52,841 nucleotides of DNA. Source: a virus (lineage: Duplodnaviria > Caudoviricetes). The position numbers and the translations under genes are program-made. The notes beneath the pieces are model-generated. The model ran no database searches. It was not told the origin of the DNA and worked only from the letters and a program-made list of their open reading frames with translations. Positions 1-8,693 of the stretch are shown here, piece by piece. The stretch covers positions 1 to 52,841 of the IMG/VR virus record IMGVR_UViG_3300033475_000031; one strand, given 5' to 3'. How positions within the stretch are numbered: position 1 is the stretch's first letter; the number at the start of each line of letters is the position of its first letter.

Positions 1-23
1 ACTCCCCTGCCCCGAGTATCAAC

Positions 24-54
24 GCGGCCCTTCCCATCCCCAAGGAAGGGCCGC
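24..54. repeat. Perfect 11-bp GC-rich inverted repeat (hairpin) upstream of the packaging operon
   Basis: GCGGCCCTTCC (24-34), 9-nt loop, GGAAGGGCCGC (44-54); no U-tract. Confidence 0.6.
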
Positions 55-269
55 ACCCCTGTCTGGGGTACTCTCCTGCCACACCCCCGGCCAAAGCCTC
101 TGTACGGGCTTCCTAGGGCCTTGCACGATGTGCTGCATCTGCATAGGCAGAGAAGTCTTGGCCCTATACGCATGCCTGAAAACAGGCCGTTTGGGCCTCT
201 TTCACCCGCAAACCCCTGCATTTAGTGGGTCGGGCGATCCGCTCAATTCCAAACCAAGGAGATAGATTG

Positions 270-545
270 ATGACCGTTCGCGCCAAATTCCGGCTGACCA
301 AAAAGGCCGACATTTTCGGTTCGGAAGCTAAGGAGCTGACCTTCAGTGCCGAGTACGATAACTCGATCGCTGAGGACATGAATTTCAACAAGTACACGCC
401 CTATGGTCAGTTCGTGATGGTGTGCTGCAATCCAGCTGCGCTCGCGCAGTTCGAACTCGGCAAGCAGTACTACTTCGATATGAATCCTGCGATGCCTGTT
501 CCGGTCAAGCCGGCAGCTGGCGAAGGGGCTCAGCCTTCAGCGTAA
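270..545 (+). CDS. Small conserved phage protein (VRAKF...TPxG...GKxYYxD family), function unknown
   Basis: AAGGAG RBS at 256-261, ATG at 270; MTVRAKFRL...FNKYTPYG...NPAALAQFELGKQYYFD pattern is common in phages. Confidence 0.8.
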   Translation: MTVRAKFRLTKKADIFGSEAKELTFSAEYDNSIAEDMNFNKYTPYGQFVMVCCNPAALAQFELGKQYYFDMNPAMPVPVKPAAGEGAQPSA

Positions 546-621
546 AGCGTAAGCGTAGCGTAACGCCTTATTCGTCGATTTCCTCCCACGTGCAAACTCA
601 GCAAGGCTGGTCATCGGGGAG

Positions 622-1122
622 TTGAGAGTTGGGGGCCGTCAATTTCTGGCGGTTGGAGAGAGGCCAACTTTCGGCTCGGCAATCCCGGCGGCCAGCCTAT
701 TTTTCGAGAAGGATCACCCCGCGTTGTCCAAGAAGCGCGTTTCTTCCCGTCCAGCCGATGCCGCGCTGGTCCAGAAGGATCAGCAGATACGCCAGCGCAT
801 GCAGGACAGCGGCGATCCCATGCCGCTCGACTACATGGAAAAGAACATGCACTGGTACGCCGAGCAGGCGGACGAGTATGCGCGGCGCGCTGTGGCGATC
901 GGGGACACTGAGCGCTTCCGCGTGCGAAAGACCCGCGAGCGCAAGGAAAAGGAAAAGGCCCATTACGAGGCGATGGCAATCAAGATGCGCGCGCTCAATC
1001 AAGCATCTGCCGAATCGGCCGCCAACTACACCCACGCCCGTATCCAGTCGGTCAGCATCGGACAGAGCCGAGGCAGTCGCCAGCTCACCGTCGTGCTGGA
1101 AGGCTCTGACATCGACCTCTGA
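622..1122 (+). CDS. terS: Terminase small subunit (putative); start uncertain
   Basis: Directly upstream of terL with TGATG overlap; helical PLDYM...AANYTHARIQSV pattern seen in alphaproteobacterial phage TerS-like proteins. Confidence 0.6.
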   Translation: MRVGGRQFLAVGERPTFGSAIPAASLFFEKDHPALSKKRVSSRPADAALVQKDQQIRQRMQDSGDPMPLDYMEKNMHWYAEQADEYARRAVAIGDTERFRVRKTRERKEKEKAHYEAMAIKMRALNQASAESAANYTHARIQSVSIGQSRGSRQLTVVLEGSDIDL

Positions 1123-2870
1123 TGTCCGAAGTCACCGAGCGCCGTCGACCGAAAGCACTGGAGCGTCGCCGGCCCAAGGCTGACCTGAAGCCAGTACCCT
1201 ACACGGTGATGACCGAGGAAGCGGTCATCGATCAGCTCGATCAGGACTTGATCAAGGCCGGCCTCGGCAAGCTCAGTACCAAGCAGCAGCAGGCCAACGT
1301 CCTTCTCGGCAGTGCGGCGCGCCATATCTGCCTTGTCGGCGGTTCGCGCTCGGGCAAGACGACAGCGCTGGTGCGGGCGGTCGTCATTCGCGCGCTCAAG
1401 GTCAAGAGCCGTCACGCCATCCTGCGCTTCCGGTCGAATGCCGTTTGGCCCTCGATCGGCATGGACACCTTCCCGAAGGTGATGGCGACGTTCTTTCCGG
1501 GCATCCGGTATATCGCCAACAAGTCGCTCCACTACTTCGAATTTGAAAACGGCAGTCAGGTTTGGCTTGGCGGGCTCGACGACAAAGAGCGCACCGAGAA
1601 AATCCTCGGCAACGAATACTCGACCATCTATCTCAACGAGTGTTCGCAGATTCCCTACTCCTCGGTGATGATCGCGCTGTCGCGACTTGCCGAGAATGTG
1701 ACGGGCCTCAGGCAGAAGGCCTACTACGATCTCAACCCGAGTAGTACTGCTCACTGGACCAACATCCAGTTTGGCGACAAGAAGGACCCGATCAGCCGGC
1801 GTCCATTAACCAATCCAGAAGCGTACTGCCGCTTGTTCATGAACCCGCATGACAATGCGGAAAATCTCGACAAGGACTACCTTCTATCGCTCGACGATAT
1901 GCCCGAGCGATATCGCAAGCGCTTCCGCGATGGCGACTATGTCGACGAGAGCGACGATGCGCTGTGGAAGCTGACCACGCTCGCCAGATGCCGCCGATAC
2001 AGCGACGAGGTACCGCGCCTCACGCGTATCGTGGTTGCGGTCGACCCCTCAGGTGCAAAGAACCAGTTCGATGTCACGCATGATGAAATCGGCATCATGG
2101 TGGTGGGCATTGGTGAAGATGGCCACGGCTATGTGCTTGCAGATCGCACGATGCTGGGTGGTCCGCACGACTGGGCGCGGGCTGCAGTGTTCGCCTACCA
2201 CACTTACAAGGCCGATTCGATCGTGGCCGAGATCAACTACGGCGGCGCGATGGTCGAGTCGACCATCCGCACGGCCGATCCAGCGGTCCCGATCAAGGTC
2301 GTGACCGCGTCGCGCGGCAAGACGCCTCGCGCCGAGCCGGTGGCGGCGCTGTACGAGCAGGGCAAGGTTCATCACGTCGAGCGGCGCGACCCGACCGCAA
2401 TGCTGGGCATGGACCCTGAAGGGTTCGCCAAGCTGGAGGACGAGCAATGTGCCTTCACGACCCACGGCTATATCGGCGAGCGCTCCCCCAACCGGGCCGA
2501 TGCGCTGGTGTGGGCCGTGAGTGAGTTGATGGTCGAGCCGAGCGCAACCGGCTTCCTTGAGTACTACCGTCAGCAGGCCGATATCGCCCATGGCCGTACG
2601 CCGACCCCTTCAGCCAATACCCCGATCCCCCGGTCGTTTGCCGAAGCGATGCATGCCGGCACGCCGCTCGGGATGATCCCGACGCCGCAGGAGCCGGATG
2701 AGATCGTTCTGCGGACGGAACCAAACGCCAATTTCTACGTCCCTTCCAGTACTGGCCGGCCGGTCCGCGTTGCGTCCGATCGAATGGGCCTGCTCAGAAC
2801 CAAGGACGAAGTCGTGGCGCAGACGCTGATGCAACAAGGCTGCCGAAGGGTAGTGGCCGAAACAGTTTGA
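1122..2870 (+). CDS. terL: Terminase large subunit
   Basis: Walker A GGSRSGKT, Walker B IYLNE, coupling motif DLNP, RNase H-like nuclease VAVDPS...SPNRADA; ~110 aa C-terminal extension. Confidence 0.95.
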   Translation: MSEVTERRRPKALERRRPKADLKPVPYTVMTEEAVIDQLDQDLIKAGLGKLSTKQQQANVLLGSAARHICLVGGSRSGKTTALVRAVVIRALKVKSRHAILRFRSNAVWPSIGMDTFPKVMATFFPGIRYIANKSLHYFEFENGSQVWLGGLDDKERTEKILGNEYSTIYLNECSQIPYSSVMIALSRLAENVTGLRQKAYYDLNPSSTAHWTNIQFGDKKDPISRRPLTNPEAYCRLFMNPHDNAENLDKDYLLSLDDMPERYRKRFRDGDYVDESDDALWKLTTLARCRRYSDEVPRLTRIVVAVDPSGAKNQFDVTHDEIGIMVVGIGEDGHGYVLADRTMLGGPHDWARAAVFAYHTYKADSIVAEINYGGAMVESTIRTADPAVPIKVVTASRGKTPRAEPVAALYEQGKVHHVERRDPTAMLGMDPEGFAKLEDEQCAFTTHGYIGERSPNRADALVWAVSELMVEPSATGFLEYYRQQADIAHGRTPTPSANTPIPRSFAEAMHAGTPLGMIPTPQEPDEIVLRTEPNANFYVPSSTGRPVRVASDRMGLLRTKDEVVAQTLMQQGCRRVVAETV

Positions 2871-2878
2871 GGGATTCG

Positions 2879-3244
2879 ATGGCAACGCTGGGCAAAGAGC
2901 CGTTCTACGATGAGAAGTCGGGCATGACGATCCGCAAGTGCAATGAGATGCCGCGCGGCGTGCAGGCCTTCTGGACTTCGAAGAATGGCGGCTATGGCGT
3001 CTGGGCTGGCTGGATCACCGAGCCGATCCCGACCGAACTACGGATGGAGCACAAGCCCGACACGATCGTCCTCAATCCGCTCGACTACGAAGCGGTGAAG
3101 AAATCCGTGATGGAAACACCCAAGCGTGACCGCGCGCGCGAGATGCGCAAGCGCGGCTATGGCGACCTCATCGGCTTCGATCCTGCCAAGCGGATTCGCG
3201 AGAGCATGGCGCGGCAGAGGGAGATCAAGGAGAAGCTGCAATGA
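2879..3244 (+). CDS. Hypothetical protein
   Basis: GAGGG RBS, phage-typical codon usage, ATGA overlap with next gene. Confidence 0.7.
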   Translation: MATLGKEPFYDEKSGMTIRKCNEMPRGVQAFWTSKNGGYGVWAGWITEPIPTELRMEHKPDTIVLNPLDYEAVKKSVMETPKRDRAREMRKRGYGDLIGFDPAKRIRESMARQREIKEKLQ

Positions 3245-3474
3245 GTGAGTCTACAGCGCGTGTCACGGGCAAGGTGAAGTGGTTCGACATCGCTAAGGGC
3301 TACGGGTTCATCACCCCGGTGCCTGACCAATCGATCAATGAGGATGTATTCGTTCACATCACCTCGATGCACAAGTCCAAGCTCAACTCGCTCAATCAAG
3401 GCGACCTTGTCAGTTTCGAAATCAAGGACAACAAGGGCCGGCCGCAAGCGATCCATCTCAAGATCGAGCACTAG
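3241..3474 (+). CDS. cspA: Cold-shock domain protein
   Basis: TGKVKWFD, RNP1 KGYGFI, RNP2 VFVH, C-terminal KGRPQA. Confidence 0.93.
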   Translation: MSESTARVTGKVKWFDIAKGYGFITPVPDQSINEDVFVHITSMHKSKLNSLNQGDLVSFEIKDNKGRPQAIHLKIEH

Positions 3475-3526
3475 GAGTTATTCCACTTCCAGTGCAGACT
3501 CATTCTCGCCACGATGGGAGGGTCAC

Positions 3527-3904
3527 ATGGGAAGTAACGGCCCGTTCATCTGGTGGGGCACGAACCTCGATCTGATGGCAGTGTGCCAAGGGACGGCACT
3601 TATTGCCTCAGGCATCGTTATCTTCATCAAGGAAGCGCGGGCTTCTTCGGTAGTAGTCGCGCTTCTCACTAGCATCTTGTTCACGGGAGTTGGCGTCCCG
3701 TATGTCGCCATTCACATGCAATGGGAGTGGACGGGCCTGTCCATGCTCAGCGCAGGCTTTGGGTTCGGTTCGATGACACTGGCCTACAGCGCGATGCGCG
3801 TCGCTGAAGTGCTGCAGAAGCGAGCCGAGTCGATGGCGATCAAATGGGGTGGCGACAAGCTCGGGCTGCCCGATGACGAACAGGACCAACCGAAGGGAAC
3901 CTGA
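3527..3904 (+). CDS. Membrane protein with about 3 TM segments (holin-like)
   Basis: GGAGG RBS before ATG 3527; three hydrophobic stretches and a charged C-terminus. Confidence 0.65.
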   Translation: MGSNGPFIWWGTNLDLMAVCQGTALIASGIVIFIKEARASSVVVALLTSILFTGVGVPYVAIHMQWEWTGLSMLSAGFGFGSMTLAYSAMRVAEVLQKRAESMAIKWGGDKLGLPDDEQDQPKGT

Positions 3905-3906
3905 CG

Positions 3907-4320
3907 ATGCCTCATTACAACGTTGAAGCCGAACTTTGGAGTTTGGTGCACTGGCTGGAGCCTTCGCTTTGGACGGTGCGCGCGCTGGCAGCAGCAGCTG
4001 TGTTCTTCCTGCTGTTCTTCCAGCCATGGAAAGTGTCCCGCGTCGCGTTGTTTTTCCGCTACATGTCGATGATCGGTGCGATCGTCGTCGGGTGCAGCAT
4101 CGTCAATCGCCCCTTGGGCCCGCTTGGTGATCTGATCTTCTGGCCGTCGTACATGGCCTATCAGGCGGTGATGGTTTACAAGATGCTGCCGGCGCTGCTC
4201 GCCCAGAAGCGCGTAGGTCCAGCCTTCCCCGAGACCACGGTGCTGCGTTACGCGTTCACACGACGCTTGCCGCACCCGAGTAGTACCTACGGTCCATTTC
4301 AGAGACGCGACGCTGCGTGA
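3907..4320 (+). CDS. Membrane protein, hypothetical
   Basis: About 3 hydrophobic segments; tight spacing to neighbours. Confidence 0.65.
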   Translation: MPHYNVEAELWSLVHWLEPSLWTVRALAAAAVFFLLFFQPWKVSRVALFFRYMSMIGAIVVGCSIVNRPLGPLGDLIFWPSYMAYQAVMVYKMLPALLAQKRVGPAFPETTVLRYAFTRRLPHPSSTYGPFQRRDAA

Positions 4321-4652
4321 AGCTCGCGGGGATCGTTTCGGCAATCTTACTTACCGCTACGATCCCCACCGCACTGGCTCATGGAGACGCCGAGTGGATA
4401 CAGCTCGGCCGCTATGTCGATGAAGGGGGCACGCACTGCTGCGGCCCCAACGATTGCCACAAGGATGTGTGGCATCAGGCCAAGGTGATCGCTGAGAACG
4501 ATGAGACCGTCACCGTTTCTTTCGACGGCAAGACGGTGACTCTCAAGCGCTATCACGGTTGGTATCCCAGCAAGGACGATGAAGTCTGGATTTGTTTGCG
4601 AGGCGGTTACGGTCGCCTCGTATGCGCTTTCACGCCTGAGTTTGGAGGGTAG
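4317..4652 (+). CDS. Secreted Cys-rich small protein
   Basis: Signal peptide ending ALA-H; CCGPNDC...PSKD..WIC...CAF pattern. Confidence 0.7.
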   Translation: MKLAGIVSAILLTATIPTALAHGDAEWIQLGRYVDEGGTHCCGPNDCHKDVWHQAKVIAENDETVTVSFDGKTVTLKRYHGWYPSKDDEVWICLRGGYGRLVCAFTPEFGG

Positions 4653-4653
4653 C

Positions 4654-4887
4654 GTGCCAGAATCCATTCAGGTCATCGGCTACGAGATGGAAACCGGGGT
4701 AGTGGTCAGATACTTCGCGATGGACATCCTCGCGGCCGGCCGCCTCTATCGCTTCTATTGTCGGCCGTCTGTCATGGCGACCGACATGGATTCCTCCTGC
4801 ATGCCGATCAATGGCGCTTTGACGATGCAGGAGATGGAATGCGCCGCGCGGCGGCTCTACCACATGGACCACGCCGGCAGCGCTTAA
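4654..4887 (+). CDS. Hypothetical protein
   Basis: GGAGGG RBS before GTG 4654. Confidence 0.55.
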   Translation: MPESIQVIGYEMETGVVVRYFAMDILAAGRLYRFYCRPSVMATDMDSSCMPINGALTMQEMECAARRLYHMDHAGSA

Positions 4888-4902
4888 AGAGGAAAGATCA
4901 CA

Positions 4903-5181
4903 ATGAGCAATGAGCAGGCGCTTGGTGGCAACACCAAGCATCGCCAGTCGCTGGAGGCTGTCGTCGTCAAGTCGTGCCCGCACTGCGGCGCGCCGGGCGT
5001 CTGGGTGGCTCCCAAGAATGTCGCTGAGGCCAAGCACTACATGGGCTGGCCCGGCTGCATCGTCGCTACCGAGGACCCGCGCTCAGGCAAGCCGGTCGGC
5101 GAATTCTGCCCCAACTGTAACGGTCGACGTGTCGGCCTTGTGAAGGTGCTGGGAGAAATCTGGCATCGCATCTTTACCTGA
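4903..5181 (+). CDS. Zinc-finger protein
   Basis: CPHC...CPNC; GAGGA RBS. Confidence 0.7.
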   Translation: MSNEQALGGNTKHRQSLEAVVVKSCPHCGAPGVWVAPKNVAEAKHYMGWPGCIVATEDPRSGKPVGEFCPNCNGRRVGLVKVLGEIWHRIFT

Positions 5182-5194
5182 GGAGTACTACCGC

Positions 5195-5410
5195 ATGGAT
5201 ATCCACATGAGCGTCAATCGCGTGAGCAGCACCCAGCGCTCGACCATTGCCGACATCAACGGCGTGCCGACCGAGGTCGTCGTACCGATCACCGAGGTCG
5301 AGCTGGTCGACCCGACTGGCACCCACGGCTCGCTGGTCCTGCGTCTGTCGACGGCCGATCCCAACGTCCAGCGCTTCACCGAAGGCGGCACCGCCATCAT
5401 CACCGTCTGA
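5195..5410 (+). CDS. Hypothetical small beta-rich protein
   Basis: GAGGAG RBS, strong codon bias. Confidence 0.7.
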   Translation: MDIHMSVNRVSSTQRSTIADINGVPTEVVVPITEVELVDPTGTHGSLVLRLSTADPNVQRFTEGGTAIITV

Positions 5411-5441
5411 CGCTCACGCTCGCAAGAGGATCACGCTCACC

Positions 5442-6746
5442 ATGGATATGTCGGCCATCGATCGCGTCCGCGAAAACGAGTTCATCGAGGAGATCAACCT
5501 TCGCGGCCACGACTTCTTCGAAGATCAGAAGTTCTTGGTGGCGGCCAGCTACTTTGAACGCTGCATGCTGAGCCGCCCGGACAACCCGACCTATACCGCC
5601 AACTATGGAGCCTGCCTGTGGCAGCTCGGGCGCTACGACGAGGCAGCGGCGCTGCTCAGCAAGGCAGCCGAGCGGTGGCCGGAATACGATGATGTCCGTG
5701 AGAACTACGGAAAGACGCTGACGACGCTGGAGCGTTTCCATGAAGCGGTCAACCAGTTCGACATCGTCCTCGGCCGCAACCCCGACAAGTTCAAGGTACT
5801 ACTGCAGCGGGCCTTCACCCGCCTCGACATGGGCGACTGGGAAAAAGGACTGGTCGATTACGAGGCCCGGCGACTGGTCAACAAGTACCAAGTGTTTCCC
5901 ATGCCGCAGTGGGATGGCGAGGACCTGACGGACAAGACGCTCTATGTGCAGAGCGAGCAGGGCGCGGGCGATACCTTCCTGTTCAGCCGGTACCTGTGGT
6001 GGATCAAGCAGAAGTGGCCGACCTGCACGATCAACCTCTGCTGCCACCATCAGCTGATCAAGCCGCTGTGGCAGTATGTCAGCCGGGGCATCGTGAACTA
6101 CAAACCCGAAGGCATTCCGTGGGAGGACAACAAGGCCGACTACGGAACGTACATGATGAGCTTGCCGCGCATCCATGGCACGCGGCCCGACACCATCCCG
6201 CTCGATCCGGGCCTGATCGAGCAGCGCTGCGTCGCGCAGGAGTTCGCCATTCCCAAGCCGGAACTGGGCAACCCGCTCAAGGTCGGCATCGTATGGAACG
6301 GCAACCCCGAGATGCGCGAGAACGGTCGCCGCTCGGTGCCGATCGAGAAGTTCATCGAGCTGTCGGGCGATCCGCGCTGGATGCTCTACAGCCTTCAGGT
6401 CGGTCCCGGCCGCGACGATCTCTATACCAGCTCGGGCAACGAATCGATTTGCGATCTCAGCAAGTGGGTGGGCCAGCCCTATGGCTTCGTCGCCACGGGC
6501 GCGTGCATGGCCAAGCTCGATCTCGTGATCACGATCTGCACCTCGGCTGCCCACCTTGCGGGCTGCATGGGCGTGCGTACTTGGGTACTACTCGGCAAGG
6601 AGCCGTATTGGATTTGGGGACGCCACGGTAATACCTCTGACTGGTACCCGAGCGTTCGACTGTTTCGGCAACCGGAGTTTGGCGACTGGGATAGCGTGTT
6701 CGACGAACTACGCGACCAGCTCGGCAAGCTCTACACGATGGTCTGA
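5442..6746 (+). CDS. TPR-repeat GT-B glycosyltransferase (GT9-like / FlmG-like architecture)
   Basis: N-terminal TPRs, then EQGAGD..FSRY, VGIVWNGNP, DLVITICT..HLAG.MG, W.W....SDWYPSVRLFRQ..GDW. Confidence 0.88.
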   Translation: MDMSAIDRVRENEFIEEINLRGHDFFEDQKFLVAASYFERCMLSRPDNPTYTANYGACLWQLGRYDEAAALLSKAAERWPEYDDVRENYGKTLTTLERFHEAVNQFDIVLGRNPDKFKVLLQRAFTRLDMGDWEKGLVDYEARRLVNKYQVFPMPQWDGEDLTDKTLYVQSEQGAGDTFLFSRYLWWIKQKWPTCTINLCCHHQLIKPLWQYVSRGIVNYKPEGIPWEDNKADYGTYMMSLPRIHGTRPDTIPLDPGLIEQRCVAQEFAIPKPELGNPLKVGIVWNGNPEMRENGRRSVPIEKFIELSGDPRWMLYSLQVGPGRDDLYTSSGNESICDLSKWVGQPYGFVATGACMAKLDLVITICTSAAHLAGCMGVRTWVLLGKEPYWIWGRHGNTSDWYPSVRLFRQPEFGDWDSVFDELRDQLGKLYTMV

Positions 6747-6804
6747 GCCATCTTGGTTCGCCCCCGATCACCCCTCTAACCCCCGATCAAGTTAGGAGAC
6801 TTCG

Positions 6805-7479
6805 ATGGCGAACGCCTCTGTCGTGACGTACCCCGGCCGCTCCATCCTGTGGAGCCGCATGAAGGGACTGGGCTCTGAGCCGCTGAACATCGGCTGGGGC
6901 ACCAGCGCCGTGACCGCGTCGGCTAACTCTGACGTGAACTTGTTCGCGCCAGCTACGGAAACGCGCGTCGCCGGCTCATCGACGGCGATCACCTCGACCC
7001 AGCTGGCCGACACCTATCAGGTGACCGGCACGCTGACCTGCCTTGTGGCTGGCAAGACCATCACCGAGGCCGGCCTGTTCGACACCACGACGCTGTCGGG
7101 GACGACCACGATCGCCTCGACGATCAGCACCAACGCGCAGACCAGCGTGACATTGGGCGCGGCGACCGGCCCCACGACCCTCAACTTCTACATGCAGATC
7201 GGCAACGAGGTCGTGCTCGTGACGGGTGGGCAGAACACCACCACGATCACCTTCTCGCGCGGCCAGCTCGGCTCGACAGCCGGCACGTCCTATCCGGTCG
7301 GCACGCCGATCACGGTGGGTGGTGATGGTGGTGCGCGCGCCAACTTCACGCTGGGCGGTCAGACCGCGACCGTCAACGCGGCGGCGGGCGGCAACATGTT
7401 CGCCCATGCTGACTTCGGTGGCATCGCCCTCAACGTGAACGACTCGATCCTGTTCACGTGGAAGGACACTCTGACCTAA
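6805..7479 (+). CDS. Thr-rich virion fibre/collar-type structural protein with an inserted beta module
   Basis: IGWGT...ETR...ITEAGLF...GNMFAH.DF...DSI.FT resembles tail-collar-fibre-like folds; AGGAG RBS. Confidence 0.65.
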   Translation: MANASVVTYPGRSILWSRMKGLGSEPLNIGWGTSAVTASANSDVNLFAPATETRVAGSSTAITSTQLADTYQVTGTLTCLVAGKTITEAGLFDTTTLSGTTTIASTISTNAQTSVTLGAATGPTTLNFYMQIGNEVVLVTGGQNTTTITFSRGQLGSTAGTSYPVGTPITVGGDGGARANFTLGGQTATVNAAAGGNMFAHADFGGIALNVNDSILFTWKDTLT

Positions 7480-7493
7480 GGGGTAGTACTACC

Positions 7494-7853
7494 ATGGCAA
7501 AGAATGCTCCCACGCAGGGCTATCTCCTTGCGCGCGTCCAGACCAAGAACACGACCAACGCGACGTTGGTCAAGGCCGCCCCCGCAACGCTCTACGGCTA
7601 CTCGCTGCACAACAGTGCAGCGGCGGCGGTCCACGTGAAGGTCTACGACAAGACTTCTGCCCCGACCGTTGGCACCGATGCGCCATGGTTCACGATCTCG
7701 ATCCCGGCCAACCAGTCGACAACCATTCCTCTCCCGGATGGTTTGCCCAGCTCAAGAGGCTTTGGCTGGGCAGCGACGACCGGCGCTGCCGACAGCGACA
7801 CTGGGGCCCTTGTGGCGGCCGACACCGTCACAGGCTACTTCCTGTATGTGTGA
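7494..7853 (+). CDS. Small virion structural (jelly-roll/spike-like) protein
   Basis: TNATLVKAAPATLYG...KVYDKTSAPTVGTD..W.I.IPA pattern found in phage fibre clusters. Confidence 0.6.
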   Translation: MAKNAPTQGYLLARVQTKNTTNATLVKAAPATLYGYSLHNSAAAAVHVKVYDKTSAPTVGTDAPWFTISIPANQSTTIPLPDGLPSSRGFGWAATTGAADSDTGALVAADTVTGYFLYV

Positions 7854-8149
7854 TGTCGGTCGCTTCGGTCCTACTTAGCATCGAGCGGGCCAAGCGTCCT
7901 ATTCAGCTGTCGGTGGTGACCGGCATCATCGACAAGTACGGCGGCTTTCGTGTCGTGGTCGAGCGTTCCTTCGCAGTCGGCGATCACATCTCGGCTGAGC
8001 GTGAGGAGGAAGGCTTCACCATCCCCTACTACTGGGTGCACGAGCCCGTGCACTGGGAACGCATCCCCAAGGTAATGGCGGATGCGGCCAACCACACCAA
8101 CGCGTGTCTGATCAAGGCCGGGCGGAATATGCGGGTGTCGGCTAAGTGA
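7853..8149 (+). CDS. Hypothetical protein
   Basis: TGATG overlap with previous gene; phage-typical codons. Confidence 0.6.
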   Translation: MSVASVLLSIERAKRPIQLSVVTGIIDKYGGFRVVVERSFAVGDHISAEREEEGFTIPYYWVHEPVHWERIPKVMADAANHTNACLIKAGRNMRVSAK

Positions 8150-8154
8150 CTGAA

Positions 8155-8664
8155 TTAAGCACGAGCAAATTTACCGAAATGTTGCTGCGCTGCTTTTCGA
8201 TAAGCGTCATTGGCTGCCTTGGGAGTGCTAAACGTTCCGAGATTGATGATTTTGTAATGAATGCCGATCACGGCTCTAAAGCGACCGTTTGGAAGTTTAG
8301 TGATTCCTTTTATTTTGGAACGGCTGCTTTTCTTTGCCAATCGATTGCGTCTGTTTTCGAGCACCGAAGCTTCTCTAAGGTTCGACAAGCGGTTGTTGTT
8401 TTTAACGCAATCTATGTGATCGATTTCAGCTACTGGCCATCGCCCAAAAACGATCAGCCAAATCAATCTGTGAGCCAAGTACCTTTTGGTTCTTATTGTT
8501 ACTTGAATGTAGCCATCACTCATCAGAAGCCCAGCAACGTCACCGGACTTTACGCTGTAGCTTGGTCTTATTTTCCAAAAGAGCTTTCCGCTTTGTGGAT
8601 CATAGCGAAGTATCTTTCTGACGAACTTTGCAGTGAGGCCGCTGTGTATGTCGTTTGGTTTCAT
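8155..8664 (-). mobile_element. Free-standing HNH-AP2 homing endonuclease gene, antisense to the late operon
   Basis: YDPQSG.LFW, AHRLIW, IDHIDCVKNNNRLSNLREAS...N, AP2-like LGTFST..AA..AY..AA...FG.FA; AT-rich relative to flanks. Confidence 0.9.
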
Positions 8665-8693
8665 TTGCGTCACGCTAAGGGAGACTGACGCAA

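Noticed and set aside
8155-8664. Group I intron around the HNH-AP2 gene
   Set aside because: It lies between genes on the opposite strand and leaves no flanking room for an intron core.
8146-8688. Plus-strand 180-aa ORF
   Set aside because: It is the antisense shadow of the HNH-AP2 gene, which carries the recognisable motifs.
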